Assembly: GCA_029212425.1 (NCBI GenBank)
Contig: JARGNC010000003.1
Location: forward strand, 1-39,818
DNA: 39,818 nucleotides
Direction: 5' to 3'
From: Phycisphaerales bacterium
Lineage (GTDB): Bacteria; Planctomycetota; Phycisphaerae; Phycisphaerales; UBA1924
Shown here: positions 1 through 8,642 of the stretch, piece after piece
Layout of the letters: the number at the start of each line of letters is the position of its first letter
Position numbering within the stretch: position 1 is the stretch's first letter
Notes under the pieces: generated by a model
Seen by the model: only the letters and a program-made list of their open reading frames with translations
Told to the model about the DNA's origin: nothing
The model's database searches: none
Position numbers and translations under genes: made by a program

Positions 1-216
1 TCGATATTCCTGACCCCGACCAAGACCAACGCGGCTCCGCTCATCGCATGGTCGGTGATCCCCAACATGCAGTCGTACTGGCTCATCGACGCGATCAACA
101 AGAATCAGCCCGTCCCCGCATCGCACATCATTCTGGTCTTGCTCTACAGCGCGACGCAGATCATCGTGTTCTTGGCGCTCGCTGTTGTGCTGTTCCAGGG
201 ACGGGATGTTGGCTGA
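1..216 (+). CDS. C-terminal fragment of an integral membrane permease, possibly ABC-2 type; the 5' end lies outside the window
   Basis: Frame 1 is open from base 1 to TGA at 214-216. The translation ...AAPLIAWSVIPNMQSYWLIDAINKNQPVPASHIILVLLYSATQIIVFLALAVVLFQGRDVG ends in a hydrophobic TM helix followed by a short charged tail, as in ABC-2 permease C-termini. It is absent from the ORF track only because it lacks a start in the window. Confidence 0.45.
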   Translation, partial: SIFLTPTKTNAAPLIAWSVIPNMQSYWLIDAINKNQPVPASHIILVLLYSATQIIVFLALAVVLFQGRDVG

Positions 217-232
217 TTGTTGATGCCGTCGT

Positions 233-1705
233 TTATTGATTCGCGATAGCGCGTGCGTAGCTCTTGATACACTTTTCGCTTGCGCCGTCCCATGTCAATC
301 CACGAAGCTCGAATCGCCCGTGCTCGGTTAAGGTCTTGCTGAGCGGAGGGTACTTGAGCACCGCGACGATCTTGTTCGCCATCTCGTCGGTGTCCCAGAA
401 ATCAACCTTCAGCGCGTGGGTCAGCACTTCTGCAACACCTGACTGCTTGGACACAATCACCGGCGTGTCGTTGCGCATCGCTTCGAGCGGCGCGATCCCG
501 AAAGGCTCAGAAACGCTCGGCATGACATAGCAGTCCGCCATCGCGTAGACCTTGTCGACATCCTTCCCACGCAGGAATCCTGTAAAGAGTACCTTGTGTC
601 CTATGCCGTTTGCTGCGGCGTCTTCGATCATCCGGACCGCCATATCCCCTGAACCCGCAACGACGAACTTAACCTTCGGATACACCTCCAGCACGCGCTT
701 CGCGGCTTGGATGAAGTACTCAGGTCCCTTCTGCATCGTGATTCGACCGAGGAACAGCACGATTTTCTCGTCTTTCTCGATCGCTTTCGCAAGCAGCGGA
801 TCGGCATGATCTTGCTCGACCCCGTTGTAGACGACATCGATTTTTTCGTCGGGAACGCCGTACTTGTTATGCACGACCGCTTTGGTCAATCGGGACACCG
901 CGATCACGCGGTCCGCGGCGTTCATACCCATGCGTTCGAGGTCGTACACCGGTTGGTTGATGTGCTCTCCTGAGCGATCAAACTCTGTTGCGTGGATGTG
1001 GCAGACGAGGGGCTTGCCGGTGAGGGCGCGGACCGCCATCCCAGCTGGGTAGGTCAACCAGTCGTGCGCGTGGATGACATCGAACTGTTCGTGCAAGCAC
1101 AACGCACTCGCAAGCCGAGCGTAGCGGTCGGCATCAGCGAACAGGTCCCCGGAATACCCTTTGGAACCGGTACCGAGCTCTCCGAGCGAATCCAGAGCAT
1201 CTTGCATTGAATCCGCGAGGGTCTTTGCATCCGAACTCTGCAAGCCTCGCATGATGGTGGAGGTTTGGCTCGATTGCTCTTCGATTGATTCTGTTTCTTG
1301 AGTGGTCCCGGCATGGATATGCTCGACGACCCTGCGGAGGACATCTCCCGCATCAACACCAGGATACGAACTTGGGTACGGCGACTGGAAGGACTCGATC
1401 AGTTCAAACTCCCGTGTTTCGGGAGTTGTATGCTGAACCAACTTCTTGGATCTGGTCGCGTTGGTGGTAACCACTTTGCGATCCGCTCCGATGTTGTTTA
1501 ATCGGAGCTGATCGATGCGTTCTTTGAGCACGCGCGGCCCGATCAATCGAACATGAGACTCATGCCCCGCTGGGATGGGCTGTGGAAACACAAAGGTGAT
1601 CTCATGACCTTGCGCGACCATGGACTTGGTCAGACCAGCGCACGCTGTACCGAGTCCTCCGGCAATGAACGGTGGGAACTCCCAACCAAGCATGAGTATC
1701 CGCAT
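233..1705 (-). CDS. Glycosyltransferase, glycogen-synthase-like (GT-B fold, GT4/GT5 type)
   Basis: 490-aa ORF. The N-terminus MRILMLGWEFPPFIAGGLGTACAGLTK matches the glycogen/starch synthase KxGGL-like loop. HAHDW, a C-terminal Rossmann half (FLGRITMQKGPEYF...VVAGSGD...) and EPFGIAPLEAM (E-x7-E motif region) are also present. Confidence 0.8.
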   Translation of the reverse strand: MRILMLGWEFPPFIAGGLGTACAGLTKSMVAQGHEITFVFPQPIPAGHESHVRLIGPRVLKERIDQLRLNNIGADRKVVTTNATRSKKLVQHTTPETREFELIESFQSPYPSSYPGVDAGDVLRRVVEHIHAGTTQETESIEEQSSQTSTIMRGLQSSDAKTLADSMQDALDSLGELGTGSKGYSGDLFADADRYARLASALCLHEQFDVIHAHDWLTYPAGMAVRALTGKPLVCHIHATEFDRSGEHINQPVYDLERMGMNAADRVIAVSRLTKAVVHNKYGVPDEKIDVVYNGVEQDHADPLLAKAIEKDEKIVLFLGRITMQKGPEYFIQAAKRVLEVYPKVKFVVAGSGDMAVRMIEDAAANGIGHKVLFTGFLRGKDVDKVYAMADCYVMPSVSEPFGIAPLEAMRNDTPVIVSKQSGVAEVLTHALKVDFWDTDEMANKIVAVLKYPPLSKTLTEHGRFELRGLTWDGASEKCIKSYARAIANQ

Positions 1706-1742
1706 GATTCCATCCCCGTCCGGCGTTCAAACGCGACCGGCA

Positions 1743-2216
1743 TTAGTCTTCTTCAGAATCGTCCATATCCCCGAGCTGGCGGAAACACTGTTCGTACGCA
1801 AGCAACCACTGTAGGCAAGCCTCGGATTGTTCTTGACCGTCCATTGGGATGACCTTCGATCTGAAGACAAACTCCATATCATCCGAACGGTAATGCTCAA
1901 ACTTCACGGCTCCGCTGTCCTCTGCGTATCCGAGATCAACCAGCTCGTCCTCGATCAACTCATCGAGCTTGTCCCCAGATTCGACGAGTTCAGCTTCGAT
2001 GGATTCGGACAACCAGCGGTCCTTGGTCGCGAGTTCAACGACGGCTGCCCCACCGCTCTCGAGACCCTCAAGATACAGCCGGTAGTTCGCGGGCTCCGCG
2101 GCTCCCCACGCTTGAAGGGTGATTGTGGACCCTGTGGATTCAATAGAACCGAACACATTGGCGCTTTTTGCTCGCTCAACAATGGTTTCGATGATCTGAA
2201 CGGTCGTGGTAGACAT
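1743..2216 (-). CDS. Hypothetical small acidic protein (157 aa), probably co-transcribed with the downstream glycosyltransferase
   Basis: This is the internal ATG (2214-2216) of the 255-aa track ORF. The longer N-terminal extension would run through tRNA-Leu, so it was trimmed. The product MSTTTVQIIETIVERAK... ends in DMDDSEED. It lies 37 nt upstream of the GT gene on the same strand. Confidence 0.55.
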   Translation of the reverse strand: MSTTTVQIIETIVERAKSANVFGSIESTGSTITLQAWGAAEPANYRLYLEGLESGGAAVVELATKDRWLSESIEAELVESGDKLDELIEDELVDLGYAEDSGAVKFEHYRSDDMEFVFRSKVIPMDGQEQSEACLQWLLAYEQCFRQLGDMDDSEED

Positions 2217-2417
2217 AGCTATTCCTCTACATAAGCTGGATCCGACCCGAGGTGCCCAGAATTTGGCCGAGCGATGGGTCCGTATATCCAATCGTATGAC
2301 CGCTGGACCCTGTTCGCGCTGGAAATCGTGGATTTGATACGAACTGGGGTGTTTGATGGTCGACATGGGATACCAGAGGTGTATACTTCCTCCCCTATCC
2401 TCGGATAGGGATCCGCG

Positions 2418-2501
2418 GCCCAGGTGGCGGAATTGGTAGACGCGCCACCTTGAGGTGGTGGTTCTCGCAAGGGAGTGGAGGTTCGAGTCCTCTTCTGGGC
2501 A
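2418..2501 (+). tRNA. tRNA-Leu (anticodon GAG), class II with long variable arm; CCA not encoded
   Basis: Hand-folded cloverleaf. Acceptor GCCCAGG/TCTGGGC with discriminator A. D-arm GCG-AATTGGTAGA-CGC. Anticodon stem CCACC/GGTGG with loop TTGAGGT. Long variable arm TTCTCGCAAGGGAG. T-arm GGAGG-TTCGAGT-CCTCT. Confidence 0.9.
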
Positions 2502-2508
2502 TTGCAGC

Positions 2509-2545
2509 AAGAAGCATCGGTTCTCCGATGCTTCTTCTCATTTTT
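2509..2545 (+). terminator. Rho-independent terminator following tRNA-Leu
   Basis: A 12-bp perfect stem, aagaagcatcgg (2509-2520) with ccgatgcttctt (2525-2536), has the loop ttct. It is followed by ctcaTTTTT (to 2545). Confidence 0.6.
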
Positions 2546-2675
2546 CGATCTACACAACACGGATTGTTTCCCCATTCGATGGTGCTTTTTTGCTCTTTCC
2601 ACAGGGACATCCTGAAGCCAACTCGTGAATTATTCGATCCTTCTGATGTACCAGTCCAACATCAGGAGATTTGCT

Positions 2676-3812
2676 GTGCGCGTTTTGGTCGTTGATGATT
2701 CTGCTTTCATGCGGAAAATGCTCCGAGAGATGATCCAGTCGGATCCATCGCTTGAGGTAATTGACTCAGCGCGCGATGGCGCAGAAGCGGTTGAGAAAGC
2801 ACTGAAACTCAAACCAGACCTCATCACCATGGATATTGAGATGCCTCGAATGAACGGCATCGAGGCGCTAAGAAAAATCCTTGCACAATGCGAGACCACC
2901 CCACCCGCAATCCTGATGTGCTCCTCCTTGACAGTTGACGGGAGTGTCGAAGCACTCAAGGCACTTGAACTGGGCGCATCTGACTTCATCGCAAAGGACC
3001 CACAAGCGGGCGGGATGCAGAGTTTGGGGTTTAAAACCCAACTCCTGAGCAAGCTCCGCTCGATTGGTGGACATCGCCGACGCGTTGCCAGCGGATTCAT
3101 TCCAATGCCGATGATGACGAACACCACTCGCGAGAACCAATCTCGCGCAAGCGATCAGGTCGCATTGAACAATCAGTTTGTGCCTGATCAGGTTGATGCG
3201 ATTGTCATTGGTGCGTCGACCGGTGGCCCCGCTGTTCTTGAAAGCATCCTCGCGGATCTTCCTGAATCACTCCCAATCCCGATCTTGGTTGCTCAGCACA
3301 TGCCGAAGCTGTTTACGGAATCATTCGCGAATCGGCTTCATGGATTCTGCGGATGCGGCGCCATGCTCGCGACGCATGGAACGACACTGCATGCCCCGAA
3401 GGTGTATATCGCGGAGGGCGGATCGCACCTCAAACTCACACGCATTGCGGGTAAAAAAATCATCGCAAGAACCATCGAGCATATTGATGGATTGTCATAC
3501 AAGCCCTCTGTGGATTTGCTATTCACTTCAGCAGCGGAACTGTTTGGACCGCGCGTACTCGCGATCCAACTGACCGGCATGGGTGAAGACGGAGCAATCG
3601 GCGCGAACGCGATCCGATCGAAGGGTGGCGCGGTGATTGCGCAAGACTCAAATTCGTGTGTGGTTTATGGCATGCCGCGAGCGGTTGTGGAAAATGGTTC
3701 CGCAAACGCGATTATGACGCCTTCGGAAATCAAAGCTGTGATCCAGAGTGTCGTGATAACTGACCAAATGGGTGATTCCATCCAATCTGAAAATCCACGA
3801 AAGAGTGCATAA
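2676..3812 (+). CDS. cheB: Chemotaxis response regulator protein-glutamate methylesterase CheB
   Basis: The receiver domain reads VRVLVVDDSAFMRKML...DLITMDIEMPRMNG. The C-terminal methylesterase part has AIVIGASTGGP, VAQHMP and GMGEDGA motifs. I prefer the GTG start at 2676, preceded by AGGAG at 2664-2668, over the track's upstream GTG at 2625. It is in the same frame. Confidence 0.9.
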   Translation: MRVLVVDDSAFMRKMLREMIQSDPSLEVIDSARDGAEAVEKALKLKPDLITMDIEMPRMNGIEALRKILAQCETTPPAILMCSSLTVDGSVEALKALELGASDFIAKDPQAGGMQSLGFKTQLLSKLRSIGGHRRRVASGFIPMPMMTNTTRENQSRASDQVALNNQFVPDQVDAIVIGASTGGPAVLESILADLPESLPIPILVAQHMPKLFTESFANRLHGFCGCGAMLATHGTTLHAPKVYIAEGGSHLKLTRIAGKKIIARTIEHIDGLSYKPSVDLLFTSAAELFGPRVLAIQLTGMGEDGAIGANAIRSKGGAVIAQDSNSCVVYGMPRAVVENGSANAIMTPSEIKAVIQSVVITDQMGDSIQSENPRKSA

Positions 3813-3901
3813 CTGCTGGACTTTTGGTATACGGCTTACTTTGCCCCCACTGTTAGACGATACCACTGCCGGACGCTCACCGAGATAGATGAGGAGGCAG
3901 T

Positions 3902-4426
3902 ATGTCAGTATCGAGTTCGGACATCGAAAAGAAGCAGCAATACGCAGGAACCAGCGACAGCGATCCGCTGCGCTTGGTCAGCTTCAATGTTGGACAAGAA
4001 CGATTCGCTGTTGATATTCTGCGAGTCCAAGAGATCAACAGGATGATGTCGTTGACACAGGTGCCACAGAGTCCTCCCGGCGTCTGCGGGATTATCAATC
4101 TTCGCGGACGGATCGTCCCTGTGCTCGATCTCAGAACCCGATTCGGTATTTCGGTCGCTTCGGAAACACACGAGAGCTCACGCATCATTGTTGTTGAAGT
4201 CAAAGGCACCACCGTTGGTTTCATTGTTGATGCTGTCCATGAGGTCCTTCAGATTGATCAGGGGATTGTCGAGCCAATGCCTTCGACTTCATCTACTGCT
4301 GATTCGAGTTACATCTTGGGTGTTGCAAAGCTCGAGAGCGCGTTGCTGATTTTGCTTGATCTTGATCAGCTGTTCACCAACGAATCGCTCCAGTCGATGA
4401 ACTCCGTCAACCGTGCTGCTGCCTAA
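3902..4426 (+). CDS. cheW: Chemotaxis coupling protein CheW
   Basis: 174 aa. The core LVSFNVGQERFAVDILRVQEINRM...PGVCGIINLRGRIVPVLDLRTRFG...IIVVEV...VGFIVDAV.EVL is typical of CheW. A GAGGAGG RBS precedes the ATG. Confidence 0.9.
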   Translation: MSVSSSDIEKKQQYAGTSDSDPLRLVSFNVGQERFAVDILRVQEINRMMSLTQVPQSPPGVCGIINLRGRIVPVLDLRTRFGISVASETHESSRIIVVEVKGTTVGFIVDAVHEVLQIDQGIVEPMPSTSSTADSSYILGVAKLESALLILLDLDQLFTNESLQSMNSVNRAAA

Positions 4427-4449
4427 ACCAAAGAATCAGGAGATTTCGC

Positions 4450-5316
4450 GTGTCGATTACAGTAACAAAGATTCCGATGTCTAGCGAGCAGTTCACACGG
4501 CTTGCTCAGATTATCTACGACCGTTCCGGCATCCACTTTCCTGAACCCAAGAAGTACATCTTGGAATCGAGATTGTCGCATCGTCTCCAAGAACTGGAGA
4601 TCACGGACTTCGATCAGTACATCGCGTATCTCACGATGGGGCCGTACCAGATGGACGAGTTCCAGGAGATGTTCAATCGGATCACAATCAACGAAACAAG
4701 CTTTTTCCGGAATGAAGCACAGCTGAATGTCTTTGAACATCAGATCCTTCCCGAGATCCTTGAAGCTCGCGCCTCGACCAAACGACTTCGTATTTGGTCC
4801 GCGGCTTGTTCCACTGGGGAAGAGCCCTTCACGATTGCGATGCTGATTCATCGCACGCTCGGTATTCGACTCAACGATTGGCACATCGAAATTCTTGGTA
4901 CTGACATTTCCGAGAAAGCACTGAATGTTGCCAACTCCGGCACATACACCAGCTACGCGCTGCGTTCGACACCTCAACTGATGAAGTCGAAGTACTTCAC
5001 AGAAAGCGGACGCGAGTTCCAGCTCAGCGAAACCATTCGCTCGATGGTGAACTTTGAGCGTCACAACCTGAAGGATCGTCTTGCAGCGAAGCGGCATGGC
5101 GTGTGGGATGTGATCTTCTGCCGCAATGTGTTGATCTACTTTGATGATGAGATGAAAAAGGGTGTTGTCTCGATGTTCAACAACCAACTCGCTGATGACG
5201 GCACCCTGTTTATTGGGCATTCCGAACGGATCAAAGATCTGACCGACGATTTCGAACAACTCCCGATCCCACAAGGGTTCTGCTACAAGAAGTCCGGCAA
5301 GTCCAGCAACGCATAA
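4450..5316 (+). CDS. cheR: Chemotaxis protein methyltransferase CheR
   Basis: 288 aa. Motifs: INETSFFRN, RIWSAACSTGEEPFTIAM (SAM binding), DVIFCRNVLIYFD. It starts at GTG with an AGGAG RBS. Confidence 0.9.
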   Translation: MSITVTKIPMSSEQFTRLAQIIYDRSGIHFPEPKKYILESRLSHRLQELEITDFDQYIAYLTMGPYQMDEFQEMFNRITINETSFFRNEAQLNVFEHQILPEILEARASTKRLRIWSAACSTGEEPFTIAMLIHRTLGIRLNDWHIEILGTDISEKALNVANSGTYTSYALRSTPQLMKSKYFTESGREFQLSETIRSMVNFERHNLKDRLAAKRHGVWDVIFCRNVLIYFDDEMKKGVVSMFNNQLADDGTLFIGHSERIKDLTDDFEQLPIPQGFCYKKSGKSSNA

Positions 5317-5327
5317 GAGGAACACCG

Positions 5328-7685
5328 ATGTCGATACACGACTTTGATCCAGAAATTTTGCAAGACTTCATCACCGAATCTGGTGAACTGCTCGAACAGC
5401 TCGAGAGCGACCTTGTCGATCTTGAGTCCACGCCGCAAGAACAGGATTTGCTCAATCAAATTTTCAGAGCGTTGCACACCATCAAAGGCAGTGCCTCGTT
5501 CCTCGCGATGACCAACTTGGTGTCGATTGCTCATGTGTCCGAGAGCGCACTCAACTCAGCCCGCAACGGTGATGTCATTATTGGTTCAACGGAGATGGAC
5601 CTTCTGCTCGCGGCGGTTGATGTCCTCAAACTCCAGTTTTCTGAGATCACAGCAGGCAATCTGGATCTCACAGCAGCGGATCCGGCGCTGATCGATTCAT
5701 TGAGCGCGCTCGGAAACGGATTGCAATCACTTGATGCAGAAGATCCGGAAAACATTTCAGACTCGTCGAACGACACGACTGATCCGCAAGAGTGTGTGAT
5801 TTCATCCCCAACGCATCCAGATGGACGCGTTGAATCCCCTCTGGAACTTGATTCATCAAAACTCGATTTGATCGAGCACCTCACGGCAGACATCGAGGAA
5901 TCGCTCAGAGAAGTCTTTGAGAAGATTGACTTGCTCCGCGATGACTCCACCCGATCCAACGCGCTCAGCGAGCTTGCAAGTCTCACAGACGAGCTTGTCA
6001 AAACGATCGACTTCTTTGATCTTCCAGAGATGATGGAGATCATGAACGAACTCGAGCAGAGTATCCAGAACCTAGCAGTCTATGCGGATGCTCGATTCGA
6101 TCAGATTACCCCTCGCTTGCATGGTTTGTGTATGCTGCTTTCAGAGCAGACATCCAAACTGACCGAGCAAGTCCTTGTCTCTTGGGATACTACAGTCGTC
6201 GTCGATCGGCTCCGCAGCTGGATCTCCGGTGAAGCGGTTGATGGTCCGCCCCTTAGCGAAGACGCTGATGGGATCGAGGCGCTCCGCATGGATGGGATTT
6301 TCTTTGGTGATGCCGAGGATCAATCCGGTACTCAAGCAGACCCTGGAGCGGCGCAAGTCATCGAGGCGATTACCAGTGCCGACGAATGCTCGATTGAATC
6401 AACACTTGATACGACCTCTGCAGTTGCGTCAGGAAAGCGTGCTGAGATTGGGCAGATTGAGCAGACCATCCGCGTGGAAGTCGGGCGTCTCGAATCGCTG
6501 ATGAACTTGGTCGGAGAGCTTGTCCTCCAAAAAAACCGGATCGGTGCGCTCTCAGAAGACATCGAACGGACAAATCTCGACAGCAATCTCATCGAACAGA
6601 TGGAATCAACCGCAAGCACGCTCGATCGCGTGACAGGTGACATCCAACTCGCGGTGATGCGCACACGGATGCAGCCTTTGGTGAAGCTGTTCGGGAAATA
6701 TCCACGACTGATCCGTGATCTCGCAAACAAGACAGACAAGAAAATCAACCTCATCATCGAAGGTGCAGAAACCGAGGTGGACAAATCCGTCATTGAAGAA
6801 CTCGGCGACCCACTCGTGCACCTGCTCCGCAACTCGGGGGATCACGGGATCGAACTCCCTGCGGACCGAATCGCAACTGGTAAAGAAGAGACCGGCACCA
6901 TTCGGCTCATCGCGGGTCACGCGGGATCGCATGTCTGCGTTCAGATCATCGACGACGGCAAAGGCTTGGACCGAGATGTGATCGGCGCCAAAGCGATCGA
7001 ACGCGGATTGACGACCGCTGAACAGCTCAGCACGATGCCTGATGAAGAAGTCTTCCGATTCATTCTTGAAGCGGGGTTCTCGACTGCAGAGAAAGTATCC
7101 GATCTCTCAGGGCGCGGCGTTGGGATGGATGTGGTCCGGACCAACATCGAATCCAAACTCAAAGGCGAGCTCACCATCGAATCGGAGCGCGGCAAAGGGA
7201 CAACACTGACAATCACGATCCCGCTCACTGTCGCGATTATGCCCGCGATGATGATCGCGGTTGCGGATGAAGTCTTCGCAATCCCGCTGACCAACATCAC
7301 CGAGATCGTTCGGCCATCGGCGGATCAGCTCTCGTATCTGGGGAACGATCCAGTGATTCATCTCAGAGGCCAGGTCTATCCACTGATCAGTGCTCAAGAG
7401 ATGTTCGATGTCCCGCATCAATCGAGGGACGACGAGAACTTCGTCGTAGTTCTCAGTTACAACCAGCGTGTTGTGGGTCTGAAAGTGTCCTCAGTAATCG
7501 GACAGCAAGAGATCGTCATCAAACCGCTCGATGGAATCCAACGCGAAGGACCGATCTCTGGAGCGACGATCCGGAACGATGGATCCGTCAGTCTCATCAT
7601 GGACATCGCGAAACTGATGAGCACCACCAAGTCACACCCCAATCAAACCAACTCACTAGAACCTGTCGCCGCGAGCGGCCGCTGA
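5328..7685 (+). CDS. cheA: Chemotaxis histidine kinase CheA
   Basis: 785 aa. The Hpt/P1 domain carries FRALHTIKGSASF. The dimerisation/P3 region reads IRVEVGRLESLMNLVGELVL. HATPase boxes are HLLRNSGDHGIE, DDGKGLD and GRGVGMDVV. A C-terminal CheW-like P5 domain is present. Confidence 0.92.
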   Translation: MSIHDFDPEILQDFITESGELLEQLESDLVDLESTPQEQDLLNQIFRALHTIKGSASFLAMTNLVSIAHVSESALNSARNGDVIIGSTEMDLLLAAVDVLKLQFSEITAGNLDLTAADPALIDSLSALGNGLQSLDAEDPENISDSSNDTTDPQECVISSPTHPDGRVESPLELDSSKLDLIEHLTADIEESLREVFEKIDLLRDDSTRSNALSELASLTDELVKTIDFFDLPEMMEIMNELEQSIQNLAVYADARFDQITPRLHGLCMLLSEQTSKLTEQVLVSWDTTVVVDRLRSWISGEAVDGPPLSEDADGIEALRMDGIFFGDAEDQSGTQADPGAAQVIEAITSADECSIESTLDTTSAVASGKRAEIGQIEQTIRVEVGRLESLMNLVGELVLQKNRIGALSEDIERTNLDSNLIEQMESTASTLDRVTGDIQLAVMRTRMQPLVKLFGKYPRLIRDLANKTDKKINLIIEGAETEVDKSVIEELGDPLVHLLRNSGDHGIELPADRIATGKEETGTIRLIAGHAGSHVCVQIIDDGKGLDRDVIGAKAIERGLTTAEQLSTMPDEEVFRFILEAGFSTAEKVSDLSGRGVGMDVVRTNIESKLKGELTIESERGKGTTLTITIPLTVAIMPAMMIAVADEVFAIPLTNITEIVRPSADQLSYLGNDPVIHLRGQVYPLISAQEMFDVPHQSRDDENFVVVLSYNQRVVGLKVSSVIGQQEIVIKPLDGIQREGPISGATIRNDGSVSLIMDIAKLMSTTKSHPNQTNSLEPVAASGR

Positions 7686-7716
7686 AAGCTCAGCGTTTCA
7701 CACCAAGGAGTCTCGT

Positions 7717-8196
7717 ATGGACGCCAATATGATCACACCGTTTGTGAACTCAATTCAGAATGTATTCTCGACCATGTTCCAACTCCCTGTCGAGATCGGT
7801 GATCCGCGGATCAAGTCTGATCGGAAAGCGACGCACGATGTCTCTGGGATCATCGGTGTTTCGGGTGAAATGGTCGGCACGATCGTGCTTTCCATGCCTT
7901 CCGCAGCTGCTCAGTCCATCGTGACACTGTTTACCGGAACCGAGTTCGCGGTCGAATCTGATGACTTTGCTGATGCAGTCGGAGAACTGGTCAACATGAT
8001 TTCCGGGAATGCAAAAGCAGAGTTCCAACGCAAGGGTGTCTCGATCACTTGCCCATCTGTTGTGATCGGAGAGAACCACACCATCGCGGTTCAGTCCGGG
8101 ACCCCATGCGTATTGATCCCCTGCACAACCGATTGTGGGGAAGTTGTGCTTGAAGTAGCTATCCGCGAAGCAGAGGTCGAAGCCGCTGCTGCGTAA
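7717..8196 (+). CDS. cheX: CheX/CheC-family CheY-P phosphatase (single-motif, CheX-like)
   Basis: 159 aa. The N-terminus is INPFVNS-like (ITPFVNSIQNVFSTMF). There is a single D-x3-E-x2-N motif (DAVGELVNMISGNAK). It sits between cheA and cheY. Confidence 0.72.
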   Translation: MDANMITPFVNSIQNVFSTMFQLPVEIGDPRIKSDRKATHDVSGIIGVSGEMVGTIVLSMPSAAAQSIVTLFTGTEFAVESDDFADAVGELVNMISGNAKAEFQRKGVSITCPSVVIGENHTIAVQSGTPCVLIPCTTDCGEVVLEVAIREAEVEAAAA

Positions 8197-8246
8197 CAGA
8201 TTCATATCATCGTACACATTTTTGATCATACCTTTAGGAGTATGCA

Positions 8247-8621
8247 ATGAAGATCCTACTCATCGACGACTCAAAGACCATGCGGAACATTCAGAAGTCC
8301 GTACTCAAGCAGCTCGGCTACACCGAGATCGAAGAAGCATGCGACGGCCAGGACGCGCTCTCAAAGATCGGCGCTTTCAAGCCTGATCTCTGCTTGGTGG
8401 ACTGGAACATGCCCATCATGGATGGCTTGACCTTCGTTACCACTTTCCGCCAGACCGACAAGACGACACCGCTCATTATGGTCACCACCGAAGCGGAGAA
8501 GTCCCGTGTCATCCAAGCAATCAAAGCGGGTGTCAACAACTATGTTGTCAAGCCATTCACGCCTGACCTCCTTTCCGAGCGAATCACAGAAACACTCGCA
8601 AAGTGCTCAGTGGGTTCATAG
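8247..8621 (+). CDS. cheY: Chemotaxis response regulator CheY (stand-alone receiver)
   Basis: 124 aa: MKILLIDDS..., the phospho-acceptor context DLCLVDWNMPIMDG, then MVTTEA and YVVKPF. Confidence 0.9.
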   Translation: MKILLIDDSKTMRNIQKSVLKQLGYTEIEEACDGQDALSKIGAFKPDLCLVDWNMPIMDGLTFVTTFRQTDKTTPLIMVTTEAEKSRVIQAIKAGVNNYVVKPFTPDLLSERITETLAKCSVGS

Positions 8622-8642
8622 AACCCCGATCGGAAAGATGGA

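Noticed and set aside
2217-2510. An N-terminal extension of the 255-aa track ORF (1743-2510, minus strand), together with ORFs 2219-2602 and 2395-2610.
   Set aside because: These run straight through the tRNA-Leu gene and its terminator. The translated extension is Arg/Ser/His-rich junk. The gene was trimmed to the ATG at 2216.
2625-2675. An upstream GTG start for cheB, giving a 17-aa extension MNYSILLMYQSNIRRFA.
   Set aside because: It has no RBS. The GTG at 2676 has AGGAG at the correct spacing and begins exactly at the receiver-domain beta1 strand. The same initiation-region sequence recurs at cheR.
4423-5325. A 300-aa ORF on the minus strand covering the whole of cheR.
   Set aside because: The plus-strand frame carries unambiguous CheR motifs (FFRN, AACSTGEEPFTIAM, FCRNVLIYFD). 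The antisense translation has no recognisable motif and has shadow-ORF composition. Long antisense ORFs are expected at this GC content.
7750-8247. A 165-aa minus-strand ORF antisense to cheX.
   Set aside because: It is a shadow of the cheX frame. It has no motif and would interrupt a tightly packed plus-strand operon.
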